The position numbers were made by a program, and so were the translations under genes. Under the pieces are notes generated by a model that saw only the letters and a list, made by a program, of their open reading frames with translations, was not told the DNA's origin and searched no databases. 64,000 bases of DNA from Phoronis australis (taxonomy: Eukaryota > Animalia > Phoronida): positions 636,141 to 700,140 of the forward strand of contig NMRA01000098.1 of NCBI GenBank assembly GCA_002633005.1, written 5' to 3'. Positions 39,291 to 53,603 of the stretch are shown piece by piece. How positions within the stretch are numbered: position 1 is the first letter of the stretch; the number at the start of each line of letters is the position of its first letter.

Positions 39291-42170
39291 GTGTAATAAG
39301 TTCAAATCACCCAGCCCATCACTGGTTGGCTGGCAACAGCTTCATGCAAAAACATCTTTTTTTCAATCGTGAAAATCGTCTATCTTAATCAGTGGGGAAG
39401 CGAAAAAAAGCAAAAATCGCCAATTTTCAATTAACTGTTGCTGCAGCCGTGGGCAGTGCAAAAAGCACCGTTGCTTTTTTGCCGACCGAAGCCGTCGTAT
39501 CTTGCCATATTTGTTTATTGCACATACGTCCGCTAAACGTCTCTACGGTCCATGAAACAACAATGTCCGCCAGTGGCCGTCCAATGGGATTTCTCTAGAA
39601 GATTTGTCTCTTTCTCTACGGTCTCTGATGTAGCATGGGAAGATAGCCAGTGGAATTCGTATGATTTGTGTCCCTTGGACTTATTGTTCGTCAACAGGCG
39701 GGCTTTCGCGTAACTTCCTCAAAATAGCAAAAGCCGGGTGAGCAAAGTTTGAGTCAACCGCAACAGATATTCATAGATAAGTTTAAATTAACTCTGACTT
39801 ATTGTCTCCAGAGTCATAATATGTATTCATTATAACTAAATCTGAATATATGCATGTTTCATCCGAATTTATTCGCTGCATTTTGAGATTAGTAACTTTT
39901 ATGGGAGTGTACTATCTTCTGTGTATACCACATGCGATGTAATTGCCGATGTCACCAGTGTGACATGAAATGACCGATTAATATTTCTAGCGTATCGGAC
40001 ACCGGCTACCGTCAATGGTGGCTGACGGTAACCTGACCATGGTTGTCTGCTGTAAACAGGCAAGATTTCGGGAGGTATTGTCATGCATAAAAAGTGAAGA
40101 AAGTGGTAACACAAACTTCACTTACGAGTGTCTTGCGTCCACGAATCTAGTAGCTCATCCGTGACAGTGCCATCTAGAATGTGACACCGTACCATTCAGA
40201 TTATTCTGGGCATATCTGCACATCTCCTGGCTCTAGTCTAATCGGTTTATAATTTACGTTCTTGCGATTATGTAGGACACTAGATGTGCAATATTACAAG
40301 AACTATTATCAGGGTTCGAATTGTTTGTTTTAAACCCATGAAAAGCTTTATTCTTGGTTTGTACCTCAAACAAAAATGCTTGAGAGATTAGTTCTAGCCC
40401 TGTTTATGACCATTTTATGAGAGTTGGGGTGATGTCCAGCAGTCACATGTGTGGCGAAGACACATTAAACTGGGTAATTAACAAGATGTATGCCCAAAAG
40501 GAAATTTAAAGTTAGCCAAACTACTTTTGGAGATCTCAAATTAGATGTATATTATGCAAATTTACGGTATTATTTACCTGCAAATAAATTTCTTAAAATT
40601 CACTGACCACAAAACATGGGTGGAAATATCGAAATAACCTACATGAAGCGTCGGGAACGAAGTTATCATGAGCAAAAACACAAATTTAAACAGCATTTCA
40701 AAAAATGGTGGCCATTAATTGCAGAAATTATGCAAACTTATCACATAACAACCTGCAGAATGAGTTCATTGAGAAACAAAACACTGGTGCACATATTAAT
40801 ATAATTACCCTGTGGTACCTGATACCAGCAGCAGTGAGAACACGAAGTAGACTTTCAATTATGCCTACCTTAATTTGCATACCCTATGCAAATTTTCAGT
40901 GAATTCACTTCCGAATTAGCTAGATTAAATTCCCTCAAGCATGGGGAAAACATCAACATAATCTATATGCAGTGCTTGGCAACTAAGTTACAAGCAAATA
41001 TAATTCTTCATAATGTCGGCCTTAATTTGCAAATTTAAAAAGATTTTCAAGGTTGTCCTGATGACAACTTAGCTGAAATTCTCCAGGTGTGCAACCTAGA
41101 CATCAAACGAACAAAAAACCTTAGTTTAAACTAATAAACATTTCTATGTACTCATTATGTGGCTACTGGACGAGTTATGTTGTCCACAGGAAAGTGTCGC
41201 TAAATTTTTGAGCGAAAATTACGTCAACAGGTAGGCCAGCGGTCTTTCATACCCAAATATCACTAGTACTTGATCATATTTTTGTCTTGTATCCCGGGAA
41301 TCCTCCATTAGCATTACTCCGTTGCTAATAGAAGGCCGATGCGAGTCAAGGCCACGTTTGTTTTGGCATCGGTGATGACGACCGCTTGCTTGAAGCCCCT
41401 TGTGGCACCGTCTTTGAAGACTTCTGTTTTTGTTCATGTTTTAGAGGGAACAATTTTAGTTGTTGAGGACGCATGGCTAGCTTGTCTAATTACGCACGAT
41501 GAAACGGTTGCTGTGAAAGGTCAACATGATTTTTTCCAGTTCTACAGTGTTACGTCTATCGATAAAATTACTACTTCCAATAGGTTTGATTTACCAAATT
41601 TATCGAACGACTTATTATAGATGTAGGTACAGTATCTATTGGCAGACCTGTGCATATTAACTCAATCGACAGGACTTAGTCACTCTATCGGTAGAGTTAT
41701 TTCCTCAATAGCTCACTTGCGGGTTTCCAGTTAGTCAATGTGACGTCACTGGAAGTAGGGCAAAACCCGTCATATTGGCCTTGTTTTGCCCCGAGTCTTT
41801 GCTACACAAACAAAATCTGTAACGGACTGAAGTTGGAACTCGACCCGGTTAGGCCTGAATGCCACAGGCATACAGGGGCGATAGTATATCCCAATAAAAA
41901 GTTCCTTATTTCAAAATAAAGCAAATAAAATAAAACCAAACATGCATATGTGCACATGGGGTTATGATTAACATATACCATGACTCTAGATACAATTTAG
42001 TCAACGGGCGCCATTTTGAGAAATTTAGGTGAAATCACGCCTGTTGACGAACAGCAAGTCCAAGGGACACAAATCTTACAAATTTCACTTGATATCTTCA
42101 CATGCTATTTTGCAAGTGTCACGCGCCAGGTCACGCGCTTCGATCAGTCTCGCGCTAGCCTTTGCCTCAT

Positions 42171-43931
42171 AGACCCTATTCACGCGGCGGCCATTAAGAT
42201 CCAAAGCGGGGCTCACTGCGATAAACAAAGCGAAAGTAGACATTGCGTGAGTTAAATAGCCGGTCTTTCGAGTCCAACCTGGATATCAAATTTTAACGAT
42301 GTGTCGACAATTAACTACAGAGACGTAGAAAATTACATTAGAGAACAAGTTAACGCGCCAAAGAGTTGTCTGACGAAAGGGTTTATTTTTTTTCGGAAAA
42401 CTAGGTTCGAAACATGAAAAGTAAATATGACAAAAATTGCGGCGATCGTAGTGTTACGGATTAGGTATTATGCTGAATGCAGAGTTACGTTTTTTCTTGT
42501 AAATTGTTGATCAAAATACTTCCGACGCGGGCCAGGTCATCTGCTCGTATTGTTGACGAGTTGAAGACATATTCGACAGTGGTGTCTGTCATGTGCAGTC
42601 ACATCTGGTTTAATTTGTTGATCAAGAACATTAACATCAAGCATAGCCTGATCCTATGCACTCACTGGGACTAACAGTTGATTTGTCATTGGTCTGAAAG
42701 AATAATTGATGTTATTAAATATATTTTTATTAAAATAAAAAACCAGGTTCATAATTGAAAATAAAAATTATTTGACCATCAATGCTTTCTTGGTTGTAAT
42801 AATTCTTACGTCTATTTCATGTGTTAGATTTCAAATATCAATCTGGACCAAGTTGAATTTTAAAATTAAAATACCTGATTCGTTCGTCCAAAACATAACA
42901 TCGTTTTAGAACTCAATTTCAGTTAACTGGACAATGCAATCATAGTTATCATGTTTCTGCAGAAGCCTCTTTCATCCGAGGGGAACGGTGCCAGTGCCTA
43001 CCGAGAGGCGATTTTTTCGCCGAGTGAGGGCGGGAACAATCTACCTCCCGATCACCATCAATAGCACCCCCGCCCTATTGCAAGCTCTCATAGGCTCTGC
43101 CTCAATTTAAAGTAGCCTTTTGTGCTCTTAAAAATTGTCACCTGTGTGGTTACAGGTGATGTGAACTAGTGGAATTTTTATCAGTGCCTCGTGGGGGAAA
43201 TTTCGCGTGATATTTCAATATGTTTGAGAGGGGAATAGGGCCGATATTGGGTCCCAAATTTGAGGGATTGAGGGCTAAGTCCTTTTTGGAAAGAAAAATT
43301 ATAATGTTTCAACCCGTAGCAGGGGCGGATCCAGGTTTTTCAGTTAGAGGGGGCAGGGCACAGGAATAAGCAGCATTTCGGCAGATGCGCGCGCCCAGCC
43401 TAAACTCTGGGATGCAGGGGTCTTGAATTCTTGGGTTTGCGGACCTGTTGACCAAAAAAAAAAATGGTAAACGGGGTTCATTCAGCGCCTACATGTATGC
43501 GTTGTTTATTCACTCCCCAAGACCCGCCCTGGTTGCGCACGTGTGCTAGTCAGCAATTCGCACCCGAACTCAAAAATGGGATCTGATACAATTTTAGTAG
43601 TCATGAAAACACAGCCTGGCTGGCCCATTCTCCGGTCGTTACTATGATGCGTAACAACTGACCGACAAACATGCGACAAAATATGATCTAACTTTTCGAA
43701 AACATTTATAAATTTTACACGGTCATATTTTCCTTCGTCGCGGCAACGACCCAACGCTTTCGAATTTCAACGTCTTTAGAGATTGTGAAGAAGACAGTTG
43801 CGTGTCCGTATTTTTTCTAGCCGTTGGCGGAACAACACGGTCTGAAACACAGAACTATGCTGATAAGCTAACACAGCTATCGTAGCGAGCCTAGTTTTGG
43901 AATGCGCCTCCTGTCGGCGTGAATAGGGTCT
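42171..43931. mobile_element. Non-autonomous TIR element, AT-flanked (ISL2EU-like by termini)
   Basis: AT|AGACCCTATTCACGC ... GCGTGAATAGGGTCT|AT; contains a nested MITE fragment at 43320. Confidence 0.7.
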
Positions 43932-45394
43932 ATACTCACCTGACTCAATAAAATAAATTGTGGTTATTTTTGCTAACTAATAAGAAAGGCATATTTTACA
44001 GGCTACTTTGTAATTGGTGAAGATGTACCATTATACATGTTGACATACGCTGTTATAAATAGCTAATTTGTACAACTTCCAAGGTTTGTGCTAAAACGTA
44101 GAAGGACTATTCTGTGAATTGCCCATTCAGTTGACCCCACACTCTGCTGAAAAGCAGTTAATGATTAAAGAGGCCTAGAACACGATGAAAAGACTAAAGT
44201 GGAATTATGAAAGCGGCTCTCCGTCACTGAAACAAAATTCAATCTTTTCACCAGTTATTTTTCAGGGTTTGTTCGTAAATTTTTAATTTCTTCTGATATC
44301 GGGGAATTTTCTTTTAGTTTCAAATTTAAAAAACGATCTGATTACTGCTCGCCACTCTCATGAGGCAAAGCATTGTCTCCTTATTTGACATGGCAAGAAA
44401 TAGACATAGACATAGCACATTTTCCTTACACGGAAAATGTGACTTGTGACCTCAAGCGACTTCAACCAACTGACAGGGAGATTATAAATTCTGAGTTTTT
44501 CCTTGATGCGTATTTCAAAAATCGTGAAATTTGTGATTCTTTTCTTGAAATTTCCTCACAGGGTCACATGGGAAAGTGAATTAATCTTTACTAGACGTTG
44601 TGAGATGGTACTTTCGTCAGGAATTGTTTAAATGACGTTTTTGACAAGCTATCGCTTACCTTGCCTCTTTAAATTGGTTTTTTTGTTTGAAAATTCAACC
44701 GTTCTTCAAGCTGCGATTGTGTGCAACAATATGTTTTCGACCTTCCACCGGCGTTCGGCAGGTGCTTAAAATAGATATTAAATTAAAGCTAACGTTTCAT
44801 GATAAAATATATCTTTCAATTCATAAACTGCATATAACAAAACTTTTTATCCCACCTTGCCTTCGACCCATGCAAGATAAGAAACGCCCAATTCTGTCAC
44901 ACATTTCCGTTATGAGTGCGCCCACCAGTTCCACTCGCAAGACTTGCATTTTTAACTAATTTGAAGTAACGAAAAGAAACGCATGTGCCTAATATTCGTT
45001 TAAAGACTTGCGATAATGTTTTTGTCCTTCCACTTACGATGAAGAAACATCAGAAATGATGTGGCAATCGACTTTGGGATCCGCCGTTGTATTTCAGTTT
45101 TTATCCGAAGCGATCAGAGACCGGCGCATTTGCTGCCCGTTTGCGTTCTCAAGACCCCCATCCCGAAGTGGTTTATCATCAGTAGCTTCTGTGTTCGATG
45201 TTTCGTCACATTTGAGAGAAAAAAAATGCTAAAATTTCCTCATCGCTGTATTCCATGTCGGGACAAGCTTTGTGTGACCGAGTATAACATGCCTGTTTCA
45301 CGGACATGTCGTCATCATAGCCCTGTATTCAGAATTGACTCTGCCGAAGTGGGATAAGATCATTAACTGAATGGCTTCCCTAACAGGGGACTTT

Positions 45395-47265
45395 TGGGGG
45401 CAGAGAAAATTTCTCACTGTACGTGCTTTGTTTATCAGGACACATCTTTTACACTCTGCCGAAAACTGTATGTAAAGAATGACTTTTATTCTGTCATTTC
45501 ACATCAACAGCTCTACAGATGAACGCAGAAATTTTACTGTTTTCTTATATTTTTGGCCCTTTCACTCCTACTGAAGAGAAGGTAGGCTAAGAAAAAGGGT
45601 AAAAGCACAAAATTTGCACTTTTAACTCCAAAACCACCACTTACCTACCAATGCACGACATAAGCCAACATTAAAGTCTGAAACCAAATGGCCAACAAAT
45701 TCCAAAAGTGTGGTCCAAAAGTACTGTCAACCAACTACTCAGCAATACACAAATGCAACAGGAGGCTGAAGAAGAGTGTAGCTACAGCCGACCGAGTACT
45801 TTTTCTCACATGTTCGCAAATGCAAACACACCACATTCACTAATCCTACATGCAACGCCTACCTAACTGACCCTAGGCCAGGTACACCCTAAATATTAAT
45901 ATTTTGGCACCCCAATCGTCCATGGCAGCAGCCTAACTGTTCAGTGTCACATTTTCAAATTGGCGCTCTCTAGAGTAAAGAGAGCACGAAAGTGACAGTC
46001 GATTGATCCCGATTGACCACATGATGCAGAGGAATGAATTCCACTGTCCGCCCATCCCATCGTTGATATTTTCTCAAGTTTAATAGTCAGGATATGCTAA
46101 CTGTTCTTACTTTTATACTGTTTGTTTACCAGAGTTAAATGAAGCCAGTAAAACGAACTCAGTCTAGTCACCACAGTCGACCTTGTTATTCAAACGTTGG
46201 CACAAGCCTGTGACTAGTCTGTTACTTTATGCAAGTGTCTGAAACGATTTTTGTATGTAAATCACATTGATGATTTTAACCATTTATTCCGATGTAAACC
46301 AGCCGGCGACGGCATGTCTTCGCCTTTCGCCAGTGCTGGTCTCGCTGCGCACCCGCCTACATTGACTGCAGCTCCGACACCGTCAAAATAATTTCTGTAA
46401 CATTTTGTCAACAATTTTAATAAAAACTGTCCCTAGTTTGGTTTTGTTAAAGTTAAGGTCTGCTTTCGATTACTTTATCCCCGTTTGCAAGCTAGTAAAA
46501 GGCACTGCTCCAGTGGCACAGCTGGCGTTCTTAAGCCTCAGGGTTCCTAAATGAATTATACTTCCGGTTTCGCGGTTAGTTCGAAATGGCAGCGTGTTTT
46601 TCGGGACAAAATCGTGACACTGAACAGTTAGACTGCGGCCGCGGCCAGTTTGCACTCCGAAATGTTAAAATCTAAGGGTAGGCCAGGCTTGGGGGCATTT
46701 TTAGTTAGGTATTGTATGTAGGCCAAGTCAGAGAATTTGGTTTGTTTGTAGTTGTGAACATGCTGGGAATTAAAAAAGGCCACTTTCTTGGCTGTAACTG
46801 CACTCTTCTTCAAGATGGTGGCCCCCTGTTGTAGTTGTGCATTGCTGTGTAGCAACTGAGAAATTGGCCGCGATTTCAGGTAGCCCTCAAACAAGCCAGA
46901 TTTGCAAAAAAAATACTAGTTGGTTGACAGTACTTTTGGACCACATTTTTGGAATCGGTAGGAAATTTGCTTTCGGAATCTAATATTGGCTTTAGTCTAG
47001 CATCAACAGGGAAGTGGTGGTTTTGGGGTGAAAAATGCCAATTTTGCATTTTTATCCTTATTTTTCTTAGTCTAGCTTGGTTTCCACTGGGTGTGAAAGG
47101 GTCAGAAATACAAGAGAGAACAAAGTTTTTGTGCTCATCTGTAGGGCTTGTGATGTGAAATGGCTCAAACTATTTCTTTATTTGCATGCAGTTTTGGCAC
47201 AGTGAAGAGTCCATTGACGAGTGTTCTTATAGGCAAATCCTTGTGAGAACTCTTCAGTGCCTCCT
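45395..47265. mobile_element. Foldback-type element with ~550-bp diverged inverted arms
   Basis: gtggtccaaaagtactgtcaaccaacta (~45710-45737) is mirrored at ~46918-46945, and taactgttcagtgtcac (~45934) at ~46614. Confidence 0.8.
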
Positions 47266-49477
47266 TAGTGGTGCGGTTACTTAAAATTTCTTTGATTACG
47301 AATTGTGTATTGGTACTGTGTATTAATAGGCACTGCTTGATTCCTTATAACTTCTTGTAACCATTTAATAAGGGTTAAAATGTGCGCTACTAGTACTTTA
47401 ATTAAGTTCACTAATTATTTTATCTTTTTGACACCGGCTAGGACCAAAATTCTGCCGTTTTGTCAGTTGTAGCCACTGGCTTTGTCGCGGATATTTGTTC
47501 GTAGTGGGGAATGTATGGAACGTACTGTCTGTGTTACGGTTGCCCAAAGCTGTAATTGAAAAAAGTACTTTACTAAAAAACGACTTTCTTCCGCGGCTAA
47601 ATCTTACTCCCGCGGACTGGAAAATCTTTTCATCTTTCGGCCGCCGTACTTATCCCTTGATATTTCAAAAGGTTTGCCTTTTTCGTAAGGCATTAGTACT
47701 TCCCACCGCACAGCAGAGGAAAATTGCCAGACAGTATTATAACATCAGAAAAGGTCTTAAAAACGCTGTTTATACCAGTACATTGAAACCTCCCTCCCCC
47801 TAGATTTTAACCTTGTGGCACTGCAAATTGGCCGCAGCTGACACCTGATAGCTGTCTGACGGTTTAGTGAATTTCAAAATGGTGCGATTATTTCGAAAGT
47901 CAGCTTTAACCGCACTGTGCAGACATTAGCTGACTTGGGCAATGGATTCATGAAGTTCTATTCTTTATGGAAAACGTCTGTTAAAAAACAATCTGTCAGC
48001 TACGTCTCCTCGTAGCAAAGTAACTCTCCTTATTTGGAATGGCAACACGAAGCACATTTTCCTTATATGGAAAATGTGATCTTTGATCTTTGATGTAATC
48101 AAAACAACGGTGATTTTAAGTAGCTACCACTCTGATTTCTTTGACCACATGTGGCTAATTTGAAACTGCATTGTGATGAAAGAGTCGATATTTCGCCTGT
48201 GTTTCAAAAATACTGAATCTGACGTTTTGTTATAGAAATTATTGCGATATTCAAAGTGAATAACCGTTGCGTTAGCATCTCCAAGAAGTAGCGTCGCCAC
48301 AATCTGTTCAAAAGTTATATTTGTATACGATTTTTTGGTTCCATGCCACTTTACGAAGGACCAATTACTCCGTTTACATGTACTCGTAAGTCAATTCAAA
48401 CATGGAATGGAAATATTGAGCTTCTTGGGTATTCTTAAGCCATGAGCCTAATCTATGCATGTCATATTCATAACAGTACAACAGCCATTTTAAACAGGTT
48501 TGATGGCAGCACAGGAAAATACACAAATAGAATATACTAACCTTGTTTTCATTTGGTTTTGCTTGTTTGGACATACAGTGTATTTCCTGTCTTTTCCTCT
48601 TGCTCAGGCTCTTCAAGTACATGTACATAAAACAATCAAATATAATAAAGACGAGCCGGCTCTTCCCAATTCTAAGAGTGTCGTCAATTGTTGAAGAAAC
48701 AGTTGTTTAAAATGACTTCTATATGTATTTTAACGAAATCTTTACCTTGTTCTGAGACGCGTAACATTTCCTCGTCCCTTGAATAAGTTTTTACGTGCTC
48801 CGACAAAACTGCCTACTACACACTACTGAATGAACAAGAGTCGTCTGTGAATGGCGGGCAACGTTTTCAAGGAACCAAACCTTCTCAGAATGTGCAACCG
48901 AATTTAGTCCTTCTCATTGCTGATTGCTGGTGTGTTTTATTTTCTGTTGAAAGGAGGTTTTTAGGCCCAAATTGCCATAAAGTCTCGAATAGTCACAACT
49001 TAAATTTAAATTGTTACAGCTAACCAAATATTAGCTTTTCAATACATTTAAAAATATGTATATTAAACAGCATCCTAAACCCCTCACTTCTCCACAAAAT
49101 TCACACTATGCACGAGAATGAGAAGTAAGCAATTTTCGCCTGCTGGCAATTACGAGCATTAGGTTCAGCATCGACTTATGGTATTCATATTTTAATCCAA
49201 GACAGGCGTTGTCTTGCAGGGTGAAGCCAAATTAAATTATAATAAATTAGAAACACATGGAGCAAATACAATATCAGATACTGGTCCATATTCGTAATAA
49301 GCTTTTCAAGCAGCTTTTTAACTCATGTCTTCATTTCCAGTTTAGATTTAAAATAGATGCTGAACGAAAATCTGTAGCCATTTTCGACACAAGCTATTGA
49401 ACTGCGGGTTACCAGTTTTTGAATAAGAGATCATGTAACGGAAAAGTATTGGCAAGTATAGATGAAAATTTTACTTA

Positions 49478-51171
49478 CCTGGGCTTTCCGTAGATAAGCC
49501 CCTGGGCGTGTATTCGGAAAGTGAAAAATTTCAGGCATTTTAGTAACACCAATAAACGCCCGGGCGTTTATTGGGAAAAGGGGTGTGTGTAAACGGAAAG
49601 TCATAATTTTGGCTACGTTAATACCAGCATGATACCTGATGTGTATTTTTGTAAGTGAAACAGCCCTTCTGGGTGAAATTGGTAGGCCTAGTCCTTAAAA
49701 GGTCTGTCTGTTGATACCTGTTAACAACGTTAATTGTGTAGCACTGACTTATCAATTTTTGCAATATATGCCCAACGCAAGGGCGGCGCACCATAGGGGG
49801 CTGGGGCCTATAGCCCCCACTTTTTTCAGTGCTACACCGCACATGGTCTATAGGCGGTGCACCACAGGGGGCTTAGGGGCTTTAGCCCCCACTTTTTTCA
49901 GTGCTGCCCCGCACATGCAGCGGGACAAGAAAATTAATGTACAGACACTTCTAGACCTCCTTGTGGCAAAGTTGATAGCACCCAAGGACGCGTAGTAGAA
50001 AATCTTTGAACTTCGGCTTGAATACTCCCACCACGTATTGTGCACTATAACACATTCGAGCGTGTGGAATTTCGGGGTCTAACGGAGCTTAACACACGTT
50101 GCTACCAAGCTTATTTTGACGACAGTCTTCAACCAACTAGCTGGCCGGTTACGTCATAAGCCCCAGTATCGCACAAAGACATTGTCCGGCGGTCACGTTC
50201 AGTCTGCGGCGGCGGTCCTGTTTTGTGGTGGAGCGGTGATGTTTTTAGGTGCGTCTGTCCCATTTTTGGTGCGGCGGTCCCATTTGATTCCGTAGATCCT
50301 GTTTTGTGGTGAGTTGGTCCGATTTGGAGGACCGGCGGTCATGTTTGGGTCTGGCGGTCATGTTGTTTCTCACCCGTGTATCAGTATTGGCTTAAACGAA
50401 ACGGCGAGAAAGAATACACCCCAAAAGGATATCACAGCCCCCTCATCTTACCAGAAATTCCTGAAATTTGTATCTTCAGCCATGTGGAAAATCCCGCAGG
50501 ACATCATTATCAAAGCATTCGAATGTTGTGACATAGCTGCTGATGGGGAAACGGTCTCTACCGTATTATTCGACCCTGCCTCCCGTTCAGTAACGCTAGG
50601 ACCTCGCTAAAAAGCAAGACTTCGCGAGATTACGTGAGATATTGCCGTGCATTTTAAATGAGAACACGTAACTAGGTTTTAGCTAGGTCCTAGCGTAGGT
50701 CCTAGCGTCTACTGAACGCACGTTCGGATTCGCGAACACATGATATACAACGCGGGTATCTAAGGGATGGACGGCAAGTCGCGCGATCCCTTCAGCGACT
50801 CGGAGGTGGAAAGACATTTGGAGGAGGAGCTGGATAAAAGCATTGACATGACTGAATATAAGTAGATTAAGATGTTTTCTTTCTGACTTTTTATCTAAAA
50901 CTGTTTTTAAATTTAAAAATTTTATAATAATAAATGCATAGTTCGGCAACACGTCATTCGTTTATATAATTGATAAATGCTCCACAAAACTGACTGTGAC
51001 TAAAAGTTGATGCTAAGTAGGCTTTTAAAGGAAATTTTCCAATTAAACGCACCACTATCTGGACACTTGACACAAGAAGTTGCAACACCACATGGGCGTT
51101 TATTCGGCATAATTTCCGAATAAACGCACATGGGTGTTTCATCGGGTGGGCTTATCTACGGAAAACCCCGG
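49478..51171 (+). mobile_element. Pogo/Tigger-like (Tc1/mariner superfamily) deletion derivative, TA-flanked
   Basis: TIR CC(T/G)GGG(C/T)TTTCCGTAGATAAGCCC at both ends with TA; remnant APSSYQKFLKFVSSAMWKIPQDIIIKAFECCDI resembles the pogo transposase C-terminus. Confidence 0.75.
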
Positions 51172-52579
51172 TACATACGTGTTTACGTAGCTTACGGAAA
51201 AATGCTCTTGCATAAATTTGCGAGCGTGAGTGTATTTGTGCGTGTGTTGTATTGTATCTATATTAATTCATTTGCCTAGCGTTTACTTGTTGACCGGTAT
51301 AATTACGTAAAATTGATTTCCGAGTGCCGATGTTATCTTAAATATTTATCTATACTCATGATAAAATGAAGTTTTTATGGTAAAGCATTCCAATACAATA
51401 TTTTACGTTACTGACAGCGTACTTGCCAACTGTTCGGTTTTGGGCGGACTGTCCACTGTTTGAGGTTTTCCCGTCATCCCACTAAAATGTCTCACTTTTG
51501 CGGCAACAAAACGCTGTCTTTTTATTTTGCGGCAAGCATTCCACCCTTGCGTTTTGACATAGACCCAGATGTCTCACTTTTAATCCGAATGCCCCGCTTT
51601 TCAATCCAGTTGTCTCGTTTTTAATTTTTGAATGTTGATACCTACAGCAACAGGTGATCAAATTAATATAGTCTCTTTGTTATGAATATTGCTATTTTCC
51701 AGAGTCCACCTTGATTAGTAACATGACAATTGCAAAGTGTGTTCTAATGTCTCTAGTTTACGGAGACACCAACTGCGATTTATTAGTTTGTAAAGAAATT
51801 TGTTTATTGCTCAATTCATAATATATAAAGGTCATGTAGGACTTTTCTGTTAAGTCTTTGTATTTTGCAAAATGTTTACAAAACTACCAATTTTAACTCG
51901 GCAAAAGTATATATTTTCTGATAGTAGAAAGCTTGTAGAATACAGTGTTGGTTATTTTACTAATCTGACATTCATTGGGTCACGTTACCACGTAAAATTA
52001 AGCTAAAACCAAAAGACACATTGATACCGAAAGAAAAGTGTCAATGACATAATCAAGTTTTATTTGATAAAAATGTTACAGTTTTATAACACGTCATTTC
52101 GTTTTCTTTTTGTGCAACTGTGAATTTCTTCACTGCTAACAGTATAATCCACAGTTACACAACAGTTGCTAGCCCATTTTGTTTCTATCAGAAATCCATA
52201 TCTGCAAATTTCGCATAGACAGTGGAAGTAATAAGTTATTCACGTTTTTGTAAACATTGTTGCATTCAGAATTTTTAATGAAGAATGAAGTAGGACCAAA
52301 CGACACCAAAGGTTCAATTGATATGTAAAGATGCATAATTTTGGACGAATGCCTGACCAAATTATTAATTTTTTTTCTTTATCCGGTTGCAATATTTTGC
52401 ATCATCAAGACTGCTCCAGTCATTCATATGATGTATACCTATCTGGTCCATTTACTATTCTATTAGTATCAGAATCTAAATTAATAAGTTATTTGATATT
52501 ACAAGTAATTAACTAGTTAACTAATCAGCCAACTAGTAGATGCAGGACTTCATTATTACATTCATTGTTATTTTTCCAT

Positions 52580-53150
52580 ATTTTGGAAACACTATTAAGA
52601 CCCCGTGTTGTCCAAGGAGTCGGAGCATTTATCAACAGGACTCGTAGATGGTATTGCTTGGCTTCATCAACGTGTCCGATATTAGTGCACATGTGCAGAG
52701 GTCGGGAAAAAGGCGGGGAATTGGTGCGATGCAATTTCGGTTCCAACACAAGTTTTATAAATTTGTACCTTTATGAAGCACGGGAAATCCCGGGTCCTTT
52801 GTAAACCCTTCGGTATTTTTGTGTAGTTGGACAAGGTAACCTTTCGGCAGTTCCGAATTCTTAAAGTGAGGAATTTTGTCAGAAAACGCACCCTTTCGTG
52901 GTGAAATAGTCTCCCTTCTGATCGCTACGTCCCGTATACTCCTTCTAACAGTTATTCCTGTCGATTTCAAAAACGCTAGTGTCTTGCTTGAGAATCAAAA
53001 TCTCGTGATAGTCCTCAAGATATCGCCGTGTATTTTCGAAGAGAGCAGTCCTCGGGATTTTACTGTAGCTAGATGTTTCACGCGAACTCGACGTTGGTAA
53101 ATATAACTTGCAATGTGGTTGTGGGAATAACGGAAATGGCCTTAATGCAG
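52580..53150 (-). mobile_element. Possible highly decayed Helitron Rep fragment
   Basis: LTKFLTL...RKVTLSNYTKIPK and YHLRVLLINAPTP loosely resemble Helitron LTAFF..N...Y.EIP and YYLRLLL..V.GP motifs in the right order. Confidence 0.3.
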
Positions 53151-53603
53151 TGTACATGTATATTTCAAAACCCCAGTTACTGGAAGGTCTAATGATTGCA
53201 TCATCACTTTTGATGTCTAAGTTACGAAAAATTTTCCACTCAGGAAATAGAGCGATTGGGGAACAGTCAAACGTTACGTAACAGAACCGAAGGAATATTT
53301 GAAAGTGTCACATTTTCAACGTAAATTGCATTATTCGATCGATTAAAAGCATCATGAAATTTGCGGATAACATTTAGAAACTAAGTGACAACTGTTTGCT
53401 TTTTCCTGACCTTAGTTTAATCAATAACTATATTGGTTTGCAACAAGTAAATAAAAATCTGAAACTTAACTTTTTGAGTGAATACAGTGAATTACATAAC
53501 GTTATCATTATGTAAGCCCATATTACGAAATAAATGTCGACTATAAATAAGTCCAACAGCTTTTAACATTTTATTGTGTTGAACAGCAGTACTACTCATC
53601 ACT

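Larger units (their letters stand above)
29728..39628. repeat. ~340-bp inverted repeat pair (left arm 29728-29967 + 33211-33315; right arm 39295-39628)
   Basis: cggacattgttgtttcatggaccgtagagacg is mirrored at ~39538-39570; the left arm resumes right after the 3.2-kb insertion. Confidence 0.8.

Noticed and set aside
41219-41620. GC-richer stretch with overlapping ORFs
   Set aside because: No recognisable motif in any frame and no coherent exon chain
45452-47204. RSS-heptamer-like CACAGTG end suggesting a Transib/RAG transposon
   Set aside because: Arm similarity continues beyond the heptamer, with no 5-bp TSD and no nonamer
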